Shown piece by piece: positions 48,601 through 63,600 of a DNA stretch of 64,000 nt; the stretch's first letter is position 1, and each line of letters starts with the position of its first letter. Location: assembly GCA_964016885.1 (NCBI GenBank), contig OZ024745.1:8184001-8248000 (forward strand), read 5' to 3'. Below the pieces are notes generated by a model, which worked only from the letters and a program-made list of their open reading frames with translations, had not been told where the DNA came from and made no database searches. The position numbers and the translations under genes are program-made. The DNA is from Eledone cirrhosa. Lineage: Eukaryota.

Positions 48601-51600
48601 AGTGGCAGGCTGAGTGTTATACTCAAGACACTTAAGCTTAGTGACCGGCTGAGTGTTATAGTTAAGACACTTAAGCTTAGTGACAGGCTGAGTGTTATAG
48701 TCTAGACACTTAAGCTTGGTGACGGGCTGAGTGTTATAGTCAAGACACTTAAGCTTAGTGACGGGCTGAGTGTTATAGTCAAGACACTTAAGCTTAGTGA
48801 CAGTGTGAGTGTTATAGTCAAGACACTTAAGCTTAGTTGCAGGCTGAGTGTTATAGTCAAGACACTTAATCTTAGTGACAAGCTGAGAGTCATACTCAAG
48901 ACACTTAAGATTAATGACAGGCTGAGTGTTATAGTCAAGACACTTAAGCTTAGTGACAGGCTGAGTGTTATACTCAAGATACTTACGCTTAGTGACAGGC
49001 TGAGTGTTATAGTCAAGTCACTTAAGCTTAGTGACAGGCTGAGTGTTATAGTCAAGACACTTAAGCTTAGTGACGGGCTGAGTGTTATAATCAATTCACT
49101 TAAACTTAGTGACAGGCTGAGTGTTATATTCAAGACACTTAAGCTTAGTGACAAGGTGGGTGTTATAGTCAAGACACTTAAGCTTAGTAACAGGCTGAGT
49201 GTTATAATCAAGACACTGAAGCCTAGTGACAGGCTTAGTGTAATAGTCAAGACACTTGAGCTTAGTGACAGGCTGAGTGTTATACTCAAGACACTTGAGT
49301 TAGTGACGGGCTGAGTGTTATAGACAAGACACTTAAGCTTAGTGACAGGCTGAGTGTTATAGTCAAGACACTTAAGCTTAGAACAGGCTGAGTGTTATAA
49401 TCAGGAAACTTAATTTTAGTGACAGGCTGAGTGTTATAGTCACGACACTTAAGCTTATTGACAGGCTGAGTGTTATAGTCAAGACACTTAAGCCTAGTGA
49501 CGGACTGAGTGTTATAGTCAAGACAATTAAGCTTAGTGACAGGCCGAGTGTTATAGTCAAGACTCTTAAGCTTAGTGAGAGACTGATTGTTATAATCAAG
49601 ACACTTAAGCTGACTGACAGACTGAGTGTTATAGTAAAGACACTTAAGCTTAGTGACAGGCTGAGTGTTATACTTAAGACACTTAAGCTTAATGACAGGC
49701 TAGTTGTTATAGTCAAGACACTTAAGCTTAGTGACAGGCTGAGTGTTATACTCAAGATACTTACGCTTAGTGACAGGCTGAGTGTTATAGCCAAGTCACA
49801 TAAGCTTAGTGACAGGCTGAGTGTTATACTCAAGACACTTAAGCTTAGTGACTGGCTAGTTGTTACAGTCAAGACACTTAAACATAGTAACAGGCTGAGT
49901 ATTATAATCAAGACACTTAAGCCTAGTGACAGGCTTAGTGTAATAGTCAAAACACCTAAGCTTAGTGACAGGCTGAGTGTTATAGTCTAACCACTTAAGC
50001 TTGGTGACGGGCTGAGTGTTATAGTCAAGACACTTAAGCTTAGTGACAGGCTGAGTGTTATAGTCAAGACACTTAAGCTTAGTGACAGGCTGAGTGTTAT
50101 AGTCAAGAAACTTAAGTTTAGTGACAGGCTGAGTATTATTGTCAAGACACTTAAGCTTAGTGACAGGCTGAGTGTTATAGTCAAGACACTTAAGCTTAGT
50201 GACAGGCTGAGTGTTATAGTCAAGAAACTTAAGTTTAATGACAGGCTGAGTGTTATAGTCAAGACACTTAAGGTTAGTGACAGGCCGAGTGTTATAGTCA
50301 AGACACTTAAGCCTAGTGACAGGCTAAGTGTTATAGTCAATACACTTAAGCTTAGTGACAGGCTGAGTATTATAGTCAAGACACTTAAGCTTAGTGACGG
50401 GCTGAGTGTTATAATCAAGCCACTTAAACTAGTGACAGGCTGATTGTTATACTCAAGACACTTAAGCTTAGTGACAGGCTGGGTGTTATAGTCAAGACAC
50501 TTAAGCTTAGTAACAGGCTTAGTGTTATAATCAAGACACTTAAGCCTAGTGACAGGCTTAGTGTAATAGTCAAGACACTTAAGCTTAGTGACAGGCTGAG
50601 TGTTATACTCAAGACACTTAAGTTAGTGACAGGCTGAGTGTTATAGTCAAGACACTTAAGCTTAGTGACAGGCTGAGTGTTATAGTCAAGACACTTAAGC
50701 TTAGTGACAGGCTGAATATTATAGTCAAGACACTTAAACCTAGTGACAGGCTTAGTGTAATAGTCAAGACACTTAAGCTTAGTGACAGGCTTAGTGTTAT
50801 ACTCAAGACACTTAAGCTTAGTGACAGGCTGAGTGTTATACTCAAGACACTTAAGCTTAGTGACCGGCTGAGTATTATAGTCAAGACACTTAAAGTTAGT
50901 GACGAGCTGAGTGTTATAGTCAAGACACTTAAGCTTAGTGACAGGCTTAGTGTTATAGTCAAGTCACTTAAGCTTAGTGACAGGCTGAGTGTTATAGTCA
51001 AGACACTTAAGCCTAGTGACGGGCTGAGTGTTATAATCAAGACAATTAAGCTGAGTGACAGGCTGAGTGTTATAGTCAAGACTCTTAAGCTTAGTGAGAG
51101 ACTGATTGTTATAATCAAGACACGTAAGCTGACTGACAGACTGAGTGTTATAGTAAAGACACTTAAGCTTAGTGACAGGCTGAGTGTTATACTCAAGACA
51201 CTTAAGCTTAATGACAGGCTGAGTTTATAGTCAAGACACTTAAGCTTAGTGACAGGCTGAATGTTATAATCAAGACACTTAAGCTTAGTGACAGTCTGAG
51301 TGGTATAGTCAAGACACTTAAGCTTAGTTGCAGGCTGAGTGTTATAGTCAAGACACTTAATCTTAGTGACAAGCTGAGAGTTATACTCAAGACACTTAAG
51401 CTTAGTGACAGGCTGAGTGTTATAGTCAAGACACTTAAGCTTAGTGACAAGCTGAGTGTTATAATCAAGTCACTTAAACATAGTGACATGCTGAGTGTTA
51501 TACTCAAGACACGGAAGCTTAGTTACAGGCTGGGTGTTATAGTCAAGACACTTAAGCTTAGTGACAGGCTGAGTGTTATAGTCAAGACACTTAAGATTAG

Positions 51601-54600
51601 TGACAGGCTGAGTGTTATAGTCAAGACACTTAAGCTTAGTGACGGGCTGAGTGTTATAGTCAAGACATTTAAGCTTAGTGACAGGCTGAGTGTTATAGTC
51701 AAGAAACTTAAGTTTAGTGACAGGCTGAGTGTTATAGTCAAGACACTTAAGCTTAGTGACAGGCTGACCGTTATAATCAAGACACTTAAGCCTAGTGACG
51801 GGCTGAGTGTTATAGTCAAGACACTTAAGCTTAGTGACAGGCTGTGTGTTATAGTCAAGACTCTTAAGCTTAGTGAGAGACTGATTGTTATAATCAAGAC
51901 ACTTAAGCTGACTGACAGACTGAGTGTTATAGTAAAGACACTTAAGCTTAGTGACAGTCTGAGTGTTATACTCAAGACACTTAAGCTTAGTGACAGTCTG
52001 AGTATTATAGTCAAGACACTTAAGCTTAGTGACAGGCTGAGTGTTATAGTCAAGACACCTAAGCTTAGTGATAGGCTGAGTGTTATAGTCAAGACACTTA
52101 AGCTTAGTGACAAGGTGAGTGTTATAGTCAAGACACTTAAGCTTAGTGACAGGCTGAGTGTTATACTCAAGACACTTAAGCTTAGTGATGGGCTGAGTGT
52201 TATAATCAAGTCACTTAAACTAGTGACAGGCTGATTGTTATACTCACGACACTTAAGCTTAGTGACAGGCTGGGTGTTATAGTCAAGACACTTAAGCTTA
52301 GTAACAGGCTGAGTGTTATAATCAAGACACTTAAGCTTAGTGACAGGCTTAGTGTAATAGTCAAGACACTTAAGCTTAGTGACAGGCTGAGTGTTATACT
52401 CAAGACACTTAAGTTAGTGACGGGCTGAGTGTTATATTCAAGACACTTAAGCTTAGTGACAGGCTTAGCGTTATAATCAAGACACTTAAGCCTAGTGACG
52501 GGCTGAGTGTTATAGTCAAGACACTTAAGCTTAGTGACAGGCTGTGTGTTATAGTCAAGACTCTTAAACTTAGTGAGAGACTGATTGTTATAATCAAGAC
52601 ATTTAAGCTGACTGACAGACTGAGTGTTATAGTAAAGACACTTAAGCTTAGTGACAGTCTGAGTGTTATACTCAAGACACCTAAGCTTAGTGATAGGCTG
52701 AGTGTTATAGTCAAGACACTTAAGCTTAGTGACAAGGTGAGTGTTATAGTCAAGACACTTAAGCTTAGTGACGGGCTGAGTGTTATAATCAAGCCACTTA
52801 AACTAGTGACAGGCTGATTGTTATACTCAAGACACTTAAGCTTAGTGACAGGCTGGGTGTTATAGTCAAGACACTTAAGCTTAGTAACAGGCTTAGTGTT
52901 ATAATCAAGACACTTAAGCCTAGTGACAGGCTTAGTGTAATAGTCAAGACACTTAAGCTTAGTGACAGGCTGAGTGTTATACTCAAGACACTTAAGTTAG
53001 TGACAGGCTGAGTGTTATAGTCAAGACACTTAAGCTTAGTGACAGGCTGAGTGTTATAGTCAAGACACTTAAGCTTAGTGACAGGCTGAATATTATAGTC
53101 AAGACACTTAAACCTAGTGACAGGCTTAGTGTAATAGTCAAGACACTTAAGCTTAGTGACAGGCTTAGTGTTATACTCAAGACACTTAAGCTTAGTGACA
53201 GGCTGAGTGTTATACTCAAGACACTTAAGCTTAGTGACCGGCTGAGTATTATAGTCAAGACACTTAAAGTTAGTGACGAGCTGAGTGTTATAGTCAAGAC
53301 ACTTAAGCTTAGTGACAGGCTTAGTGTTATAGTCAAGTCACTTAAGCTTAGTGACAGGCTGAGTGTTATAGTCAAGACACTTAAGCCTAGTGACGGGCTG
53401 AGTGTTATAATCAAGACAATTAAGCTGAGTGACAGGCTGAGTGTTATAGTCAAGACTCTTAAGCTTAGTGAGAGACTGATTGTTATAATCAAGACACGTA
53501 AGCTGACTGACAGACTGAGTGTTATAGTAAAGACACTTAAGCTTAGTGACAGGCTGAGTGTTATACTCAAGACACTTAAGCTTAATGACAGGCTGAGTTT
53601 ATAGTCAAGACACTTAAGCTTAGTGACAGGCTGAATGTTATAATCAAGACACTTAAGCTTAGTGACAGTCTGAGTGGTATAGTCAAGACACTTAAGCTTA
53701 GTTGCAGGCTGAGTGTTATAGTCAAGACACTTAATCTTAGTGACAAGCTGAGAGTTATACTCAAGACACTTAAGCTTAGTGACAGGCTGAGTGTTATAGT
53801 CAAGACACTTAAGCTTAGTGACAAGCTGAGTGTTATAATCAAGTCACTTAAACATAGTGACATGCTGAGTGTTATACTCAAGACACGGAAGCTTAGTTAC
53901 AGGCTGGGTGTTATAGTCAAGACACTTAAGCTTAGTGACAGGCTGAGTGTTATAGTCAAGACACTTAAGATTAGTGACAGGCTGAGTGTTATAGTCAAGA
54001 CACTTAAGCTTAGTGACGGGCTGAGTGTTATAGTCAAGACATTTAAGCTTAGTGACAGGCTGAGTGTTATAGTCAAGAAACTTAAGTTTAGTGACAGGCT
54101 GAGTGTTATAGTCAAGACACTTAAGCTTAGTGACAGGCTGACCGTTATAATCAAGACACTTAAGCCTAGTGACGGGCTGAGTGTTATAGTCAAGACACTT
54201 AAGCTTAGTGACAGGCTGTGTGTTATAGTCAAGACTCTTAAGCTTAGTGAGAGACTGATTGTTATAATCAAGACACTTAAGCTGACTGACAGACTGAGTG
54301 TTATAGTAAAGACACTTAAGCTTAGTGACAGTCTGAGTGTTATACTCAAGACACTTAAGCTTAGTGACAGTCTGAGTATTATAGTCAAGACACTTAAGCT
54401 TAGTGACAGGCTGAGTGTTATAGTCAAGACACCTAAGCTTAGTGATAGGCTGAGTGTTATAGTCAAGACACTTAAGCTTAGTGACAAGGTGAGTGTTATA
54501 GTCAAGACACTTAAGCTTAGTGACAGGCTGAGTGTTATACTCAAGACACTTAAGCTTAGTGATGGGCTGAGTGTTATAATCAAGTCACTTAAACTAGTGA

Positions 54601-57600
54601 CAGGCTGATTGTTATACTCACGACACTTAAGCTTAGTGACAGGCTGGGTGTTATAGTCAAGACACTTAAGCTTAGTAACAGGCTGAGTGTTATAATCAAG
54701 ACACTTAAGCTTAGTGACAGGCTTAGTGTAATAGTCAAGACACTTAAGCTTAGTGACAGGCTGAGTGTTATACTCAAGACACTTAAGTTAGTGACGGGCT
54801 GAGTGTTATATTCAAGACACTTAAGCTTAGTGACAGGCTTAGCGTTATAATCAAGACACTTAAGCCTAGTGACGGGCTGAGTGTTATAGTCAAGACACTT
54901 AAGCTTAGTGACAGGCTGTGTGTTATAGTCAAGACTCTTAAACTTAGTGAGAGACTGATTGTTATAATCAAGACATTTAAGCTGACTGACAGACTGAGTG
55001 TTATAGTAAAGACACTTAAGCTTAGTGACAGTCTGAGTGTTATACTCAAGACACCTAAGCTTAGTGATAGGCTGAGTGTTATAGTCAAGACACTTAAGCT
55101 TAGTGACAAGGTGAGTGTTATAGTCAAGACACTTAAGCTTAGTGACAGGCTGATTTTTATACTCACGACACTTAAGCTTAGTGACAGGCTGGGTGTTATA
55201 GTCAAGACACTTAAGCTTAGTAACAGGCTGAGTGTTATAATCAAGACACTTAAGCTTAGTGACAGGCTTAGTGTAATAGTCAAGACACTTAAGCTTAGTG
55301 ACAGGCAGAGTGTTATACTCAAGACACTTAAGTTAGTGACGGGCTGAGTGTTATATTCAAGACACTTAAGCTTAGTGACAGGCTGAGTGTTATAGTCAAG
55401 ACACTTAAGCTTAGTGACAGGCTGAGTGTTATAGTCAAGACACTTAAGCCTAGTGACAGGCTTAGTGTAATAGTCAAGACACTTAAGCTTAGTGACAGGC
55501 TGAGTGTTATAGTCAAGACACTTAAGCTTAGTGACAGGCTTAGTGTAATAGTCAAGACACTTAAGTTTAAGGTTAGTGACAGGCTGAGTGTTATACTCAA
55601 GACACTTAAGCTTAGTGGCAGGCTGAGTGCTATACTCAAGACACTTAAGCTTAGTGACCGGCTGAGTATTATAGTCAAGACACTTAAAGTTAGTGACGAG
55701 CTGAGTCTTATAGTCAAGACACTTAAGCTTAGTGACAGGCTTAGTGTTATAGTCAAGTCACTTAAGCTTAGTGACAGGCTGAGTGTTATAGTCAAGACAC
55801 TTAAGCCTAGTGACGGGCTGAGTGTTATAGTCAAGACAATTAAGCTTAGTGACAGGCTGAGTGTTATAGTCAAGACTCTTAAGCTTAGTGAGAGACTGAT
55901 TGTTATAATCAAGACACTTAAGCTGACTGACAGACTGAGTGTTATAGTAAAGACACTTAAGCTTAGTGACAGGCTGAGTGTAATAATCAAGACACTTAAG
56001 CCTAGTGACAGGCTTAGTGTAATAGTCAAGACACTTAAGCTTAGTGGCAGGCTGAGTGTTATACTCAAGACACTTAAGCTTAGTGACCGGCTGAGTGTTA
56101 TAGTCAAGACACTTAAGCTTAGTGACAGGCTGAGTGTTATAGTCTAGACACTTAAGCTTGGTGACGGGCTGAGTGTTATAGTCAAGACACTTAAGCTTAG
56201 TGACGGGCTGAGTGTTATAGTCAAGACACTTAAGCTTAGTGACGGCCTGGGTCTTATAGTAAAGACACTTAATCTTAATGACAGGCTGAGTGTTATACTC
56301 AAGACACTTAAGCTTAGTGACGGGCAGAGTGTTATAGTCAAGACACTTAAGCTTAGTGTGAGGCTGAGTGTTATAGTCAAGACACTTAAGATTAGTGATA
56401 GGCTGAGTGTTATACTTAAGACACTTAAGCTTAATGACAGGCTAGTTGTTATAGTCAAGACACTTAAGCTTAGTGACAGGCTGAGTGTTATACTAAAGAT
56501 ACTTACGCTTAGTGACAGGCTGAGTGTTATAGCCAAGTCACTTAAGCTTAGTGACAGGCTGAGTGTTATACTCAAGACACTTAAGCTTAGTGACAGGCTA
56601 GTTGTTATAGTCAAGACACTTAAACTTAGTAACAGGCTGAGTATTATAATCAAGACACTTAAGCCTAGTGACAGGCTTAGTGAAATAGTCAAAACACCTA
56701 AGCTTAGTGACAGGCTGAGTGTTATAGTCTAAACACTTAAGCTTGGTGACGGGCTGAGTTTATAATCAAGTCACTTAAGCTTAGTGACAGGCTGAATGTT
56801 ATAGTCAAGACACTTAAGCTTAGTGACAGTCTGAGTGGTATAGTCAAGACACTTAAGCTTAGTTGCAGGATGAGTGTTATAGTCAAGACACTTAATCTTA
56901 GTGACAAGCTGAGAGTTATACTCGAGACACTTAAGCTTAGTGACAGGCTAGGTGTTATAGTCAAGACACTTAAACTTAGTAACAGGCTGAGTGTTATAAT
57001 CAAGACACTTAAACCTAGTGACAGGCTTAGTGTAATAGTCAAGTCACCTAAGCTTAGAGACAGGCTGAGTGTTATAGTCTAGACACTTAAGCTTGGTGAC
57101 GGGCTGAGTGTTATAGTCAAGACACTTAAGCTTAGTGACAGGCTGAGTGTTATAGTCAAGACACTTAAGCTTAGTGAGAGGCTGAGTGTTATAGTCAAGA
57201 AACTTAAGTTTAGTGACAGGCTGAGTGTTATAGTCAAGACACTTAAGCTTAGTGACAGGCTGAGTGTTATAGTCAAGACACTTAATACTATTGACGGGCT
57301 GAGTGTTATAGTCAAGACACTTAAGCTTAGTGACAGGCTGAGTATTATAGTCAAGACACTTAAGCTAATTGACAAGCTGAGTGTTATACTCAAGACACTT
57401 AAGCTTAGTGACAGGCTGAGTGTTATAGTCAAGACACTTAAGCTTAGTGACAGGCTGAGTGTTATAGTAAAGACACTTAAGCTTAGTAACAGGCTGAGTG
57501 TTATACTCAAGACACTTAAGCTTAATGACAGGCTGAGTTTATAGTCAAGACACTTAAGCTTAGTGACAGGCTTAATGTTATAGTCAAGACACTTAAGCTT

Positions 57601-60600
57601 AGTGACAGTCTGAGTGGTATAGTCAAGACACTTAAGCTTAGTTGCAGGCTGAGTGTTATAGTCAAGACACTTAATCTTAATGACAAGCTGAGAGTTATAC
57701 TCAAGACACTTAAGCTTAGTGACAGGCTGAGTGTTATACTCAAGAAACTTAAGCTTAGTGACAGGCTGAGTGTTATAGTCAAGTCAGTTAAGCTTAGTGA
57801 CAGGCTGAGTGTTATAGTCACGACACTTAAGCTTAGTGACGGGCTGAGTGTTATAATCAAGTCACTTAAACTTAGTGACAGGCTGAGTGTTATAGTCAAG
57901 ACACTTAAGCTTAGTGACAGGCTGAGTGTTATAGTCAAGAAACTTAAGTTTAGTGACAGGCTGAGTGTTATACTCAAGACACTTAAGCTTAGTGACAGGC
58001 TGAGTGTTATAGTCAAGACACTTAAACTTAGTAACAGGCTGAGTATTATAATCAAGACACTTAAGCCTAGTGACAGGCTTTGTGTAATAGTCAAGACACC
58101 TAAGCTTAGTGACAGGCTGAGTGTTATAGTCTAGACACTTAAGCTTGGTGACGGGCTGAGTTTTATAGTCAAGACACTTAAGCTTAGTGACAGGCTGAGT
58201 GTTATAGTCAAGACACTTAATCTTAGTGACAGGCTGAGTGTTATAGTCAAAACACTTAATCTTAGTGACAGGCTGAGTGTTATAGTCAAGACACTTAATC
58301 TTAGTGACAAGCGTATGGTTATACTCATGACACTTAAGCTTAGTGACAGGCTGAGTATTATAGTCAAGACACTTAAGCTTAGTGACAGGCTGAGTGTTAT
58401 AGTCAAGACACTTAAGCTTAGTGACAGGCTGAGTGTTATAGTCAAGACACTTAAGCTTAGTGACAGGCTGAGTGTCATACTCAAGACACTTAAGCTTAGT
58501 GACAGGCTGGGTGTTATAGTCAAGACACTTAAGCTTAGTGACGGGCTGAGTGTTATAATCAAGTCACTTAAGCTTAGTGACAGGCTTAGTGTTATAGTCA
58601 AGACACTTAAGCTTAGTGACAGGCTGAGTGTTATAATCAAGACACTTAATCTTAGGGACAGGGTGAGTGTTATAGTCAAGACAGTTAATCTTCGTGACTG
58701 GCTGTGTGTTATAGTCAAGACACTTAAGCTTAGTGACAGGCTGAGTGTTATACTCAAGACACTTAAGTTAGTGACGGGCTGAGTGTTATAGTAAAGCACT
58801 TAAGCTAGGTTACAGGCTGAGTGTTATAGTCAAGACACTTAAGCTTACTGACAGGATGAGTGTTATAGTCACGACACTTAAGCTTAGTGACAGGCTGAGT
58901 GTTATAGTCAAGACACTTAAGCCTAGTGACGGGCTGAGTGTTATAGTCAAGAGACTTAAAGTTAGTGACAGGCTGAGTGTTATAGTCACGACACTTAAGC
59001 CTAGTGACGGGCTGAGTGTTATAGTCAAGACACTTAAGGTTAGTGACAGGCTGAGTGTTATACTCAAGACACTTAAGCTTAGTGACAGGCTGAGTGTTAT
59101 AGTCAAGACACTTAAGCTTAGTGACAGGCTGAGTGTTATACTCAAGACACTTAAGCTTAGTGACAGGCTGGGTGTTATAGTCAAGACACTTAAGCTTAGT
59201 AACAGGCTGAGTGTTATAATCAAGACACTTAAGCCTAGTGACAGGCTTAGTGTAATAGTGAAGAAAAGTAAATTTATAGATAAGATTGAGTGTTATACTC
59301 AAGACACTTAAGTTAGTGACGGGCTGAGTGTTATAGTAAAGACACTTAAGCTTAGTGACAGGCTGAGTATTATAGTCAAGACACTTAAGCTTATTAACAG
59401 GCTGAATGTTATAGTCAAGAAACTTAAGTTTAGTGACAGGCTGAGTGTTATAGTCACGACACTTAAGCTTAGTGACAGGCTGAGTGTTATAGTCAAGACA
59501 CTTAAGCCTAGTGACGGGCTGAGTGTTATAGTCAAGACACTTAAGCTTAGTGACAGGCTGAGTGTTATAGTCACGACACTTAAGCCTAGTGACGGGCTGA
59601 GTGTTATAGTCAAGACACTTAAGGTTAGTGACAGGCTGAGTGTTATACTCAAGACACTTAAGCTTAGTGACAGGCTGAGTGTTATACTCAAGACACTTAA
59701 GCTTAGTGACAGGCTGAGTATTGTAGTCAAGACACTTAAGCTTAGTGACGAGCTGAGTGTTATAGTCAAGACACTTAAGCTTAGTGACAGGCTTACTGTT
59801 ATAGTCAAGTCACTTAAGGTTAGTGACAGGCTTAGTGTTATAATCAAGAAAACTTAAGCTTAGTGACAGGCTGAGTGTTATACTCAAGACACTTAAGCTT
59901 GATGACAGGCTGAGTATTATAGTCAAGACAGTTAAGCTTAGTGACAGGCTGAGTGTTATAGTCAAGACACTTAATCTTAGTGACAAGCTTAGGGTTATAC
60001 TCATGACACTTAAGCTTAGTGACAGGCTGAGTATTATAGTCAAGACACTTAAGCTTAGTGACAGGCTGAGTGTTATACTCAAGACACTTAAGCTTAGTGA
60101 CAGGCTGAGTGTTATAGTCAAGACACTTAAGCTTAGTGACCGGCTGAGTGTTATACTCAAGACACTTAAGCTTAGTGACAGGCTGGGTGTTATAGTCAAG
60201 ACACTTAAGCTTAATAACAGGCTGAGTGTTATAATCAAGACACTTAAGCCTAGTGACAGGCTTAGTGTAATTGTCAAGACACTTAAGCTTAGTGACAGGC
60301 TGAGTGTTATACTCAACACACTTAAGTTAGTGACGGGCTGAGTGTTATAGTCAAGAAACTTAAGTTTAGTGACAGGCTGAGTGTTTTTAGTCACGACACT
60401 TAAGCCTAGTGACAGGCTTAGTGTTATAATCAAGAAAACGTAAGCTTAGTGACAGGCTGAGTGTTATACTCAAGACACTTAAGCTTAATGACAGGCTGAG
60501 TATTATAGTCAAGACACTTAAGTTAGTGACAGGCTGAGTGTTATAGTCAATACACTTAGGCTTAGTGACAAGCGTGGGTTATACTCAAGACACTTAAGCT

Positions 60601-63600
60601 TAGTGACAGGCTGAGTATTATAGTCAAGACACTTAAGCTTAGTGACAGGCTGAGTGTTATAGTCAAGACACCTAAGCTTATTGACAGGCTGAGTGTTATA
60701 GTCAAGACACTTAAGCCTAGAGACGGGCTCAGTGTTATAGTCAAGACACTTCAGCTTAGTGACAGGCTGTATGTTATAGTCAAGACTCTTAAGCTTAGTG
60801 AGAGACTGATTGTTATAATCAAGACACTTAAGATGACTGACAGACTGAGTGTTATATTAAAGACACTTAAGCTTAGTGACAGGCTGAGTGTTATACTCAA
60901 GACACTTAAGCTGAATGACAGGCTGAGTATTATAGTCAAGACACTTAAGCTTAGTGACAGGCTGAGTGTTATAGTCAAGACACTTAAGCTTAGTGACAGG
61001 CTGAGTGTTATAGTCAAGACACTTAAGCTTAGTGACAGGCTGGGTGTTATAGTCAAGACACTTAAGCTTAGTAACAGGCTGAGTGTTATAATCAAGACAC
61101 TTAAGCTTGGTGACAGGCTGAGTATTATAGTCAAGACACTTAAGCTTAGTGACGACCTGAGTGTTATAGTCAAGACACTTACGCTTAGTGACAGGCTTAG
61201 TGTTATAGTCAAGTCACTTAAGCTTAGTGACAGGCTGAGTGTTATAATCAAGAAAACTTAAGCTTAGTGACAGGCTGAGTGTTATACTCAAGACACTTAA
61301 GCTTAGTTACAGGCTGAGTGTTATAGTCAAGTCACTTAAGCTTAGTGACAGGCTGAGTGTTATTGTCAAGACACTTAAGCTTAGTGACAGGCTGGGTGTT
61401 ATAGTCAAGACACTTAATCTTAGTGACAAGCTTTTGGTTATACTCAAGACACTTAAGCTTAGTGACAGGCTTAGTATTATAGTCAAGACACTTAAGCTTA
61501 GTGACAGGCTCAGTATTGTATTCAATACACTTAAGCTTAGTGACGGGCTGAGTGTTATAATCAAGTCACTTAAACTTAGTGACAGGCTGAGTGTTATACT
61601 CAAGACCATTAAACTTAGTGACAGGCTGGGTGTTATAGTCAAGACACTTAAGCTTAGTAACAGGCTGAGTGTTATAATCAAGACACTTAAGCCTAGTGAC
61701 AGGCTTAATGTGATAGTCAAGACACTTAGTGACAGGGTGAGTGTTATACTCAAGACACTTAAGTTAGTGACGGGCTGAGTGTTATTATCAAGACACTTAA
61801 GCTGACTGACAGACTGGGTGTTATAATCAAGACACTTAAGCCTAGTGACAGGCTTAGTGTAATACTCAAGACACTTAAGCTTAGTGACGTCTGAGTGTTA
61901 TAGTCAAGACACTTTAGCTTAGTGACAGGCTGAGTGTTATAGTCAAGACACTTAAGCTTAGTGACAGGCTGAGTGTTATAATTAAGACACTTAAGCTTAG
62001 TGACTGGCTGAGTGTTATACTCGAGACACTTAAGCTTAGTGACAGGGTGAGTGTTATAGTCAAGACGCTTAATCTTAGTGACAGGCTGAGTTTTATAGTC
62101 AAGACACTTAAGCTTAGTGACAGGCTGAGTGTTATAGTCAAGACTCTTAAGCTTAGTGACAGGCTTAGTGTTATAATCAAGAAAACGTAAGCTTAGTGAC
62201 AGGCTGAGTGTTATACTCAAGACACTTAAGCTTAATAACAGGCTGAGTATTATAGTCAAGACACTTAAGCTTAGTGACAGGCTGAGTGTTATAGTCAAGA
62301 CACTTAAGCTTAGTGACAAGCGTGGGTTATACTCAAGACACTTAAGTTAGTGACGGGCTGAGTGTTATAGTCAAGACACTTAAAGTTAGTGACAGGCTGA
62401 GTGTTATAGTCACGACACTTAAGCCTAGTTACGGGCTGAGTGTTATAGTCAAGACACTTAAGGTTAGTGACAGGCTGAGTGTTATACTCAAGACACTTAA
62501 GCTTAGTGACAGGCTGAGTGTTATAGTCAAGACACTTAAGCTTAGTGACAGGCTGAGTGTTATACTCAAGACACTTAAGCTTAGTGACAGGCTGGGTGTT
62601 ATAGTCAAGACACTTAACCTTAGTAACAGGCTGAGTGTTATAATCAAGACACTTAAGCCTAGTGACAGGCTTAGTGTAATAGTCAAGAAAAGTAAATTTA
62701 TAGATAAGATTGAGTGTTATACTCAAGACACTTAAGTTAGTGACGGGCTGAGTGTTATAGTAAAGACACTTAAGCTTAGTGACAGGCTGAGTATTATAGT
62801 CAAGACACTTAAGCTTAGTGACAGGCTGAGTGTTATAGTCAAGAAACTTAAGTTTAGTGACAGGCTGAGTGTTATAGTCACGACACTTAAGCTTAGTGAC
62901 AGGCTGAGTGTTATAGAAAAGACACTTAAGCCTAGTGACGGGCTGAGTGTTATAGTCAAGACACTTAAGCTTAGTGACAGTCTGAGTGTTATAGTCACGA
63001 CACTTAAGCCTAGTGACGGGCTGAGTGTTATAGTCAAGACACTTAAGGTTAGTGACAGGCTGAGTGTTATACTCAAGACACTTAAGCTTAGTGACAGGCT
63101 GAGTGTTTTACTCAAGACACTTAAGCTTAGTGACAGGCTGAGTATTGTAGTCAAGACACTTAAGCTTAGTGACGAGCTAAGTGTTATAGTCAAGACACTT
63201 AAGCTTAGTGACAGGCTTAGTGTTATAGTCAAGTCACTTAAGGTTAGTGACAGGCTGAGTGTTATACTTAAGACACTTAAGCTTAGTAACAGGCCTAGTG
63301 TTATAATCCAGAAAACTTAAGCTTAGTGACAGGCTGAGTGTTATACTCAAGACACTTAAGCTTAATGACAGGCTGAGTATTATAGTCAAGACACTTAAGC
63401 TTAGTGACAGGCTGAGTGTTATAGTCAAGACACTTAATCTTAGTGACAAGCTTAGGGTTATACTCATGACACTTAAGCTTAGTGACAGGCTGAGTATTAT
63501 AGTCAAGACACTTAAGCTTAGTGACAGGCTGAGTGTTATACTCAAGACACTTAAGCTTAGTGACAGGTTGAGTGTTATAGTCAAGACACTTAAGCTTAGT

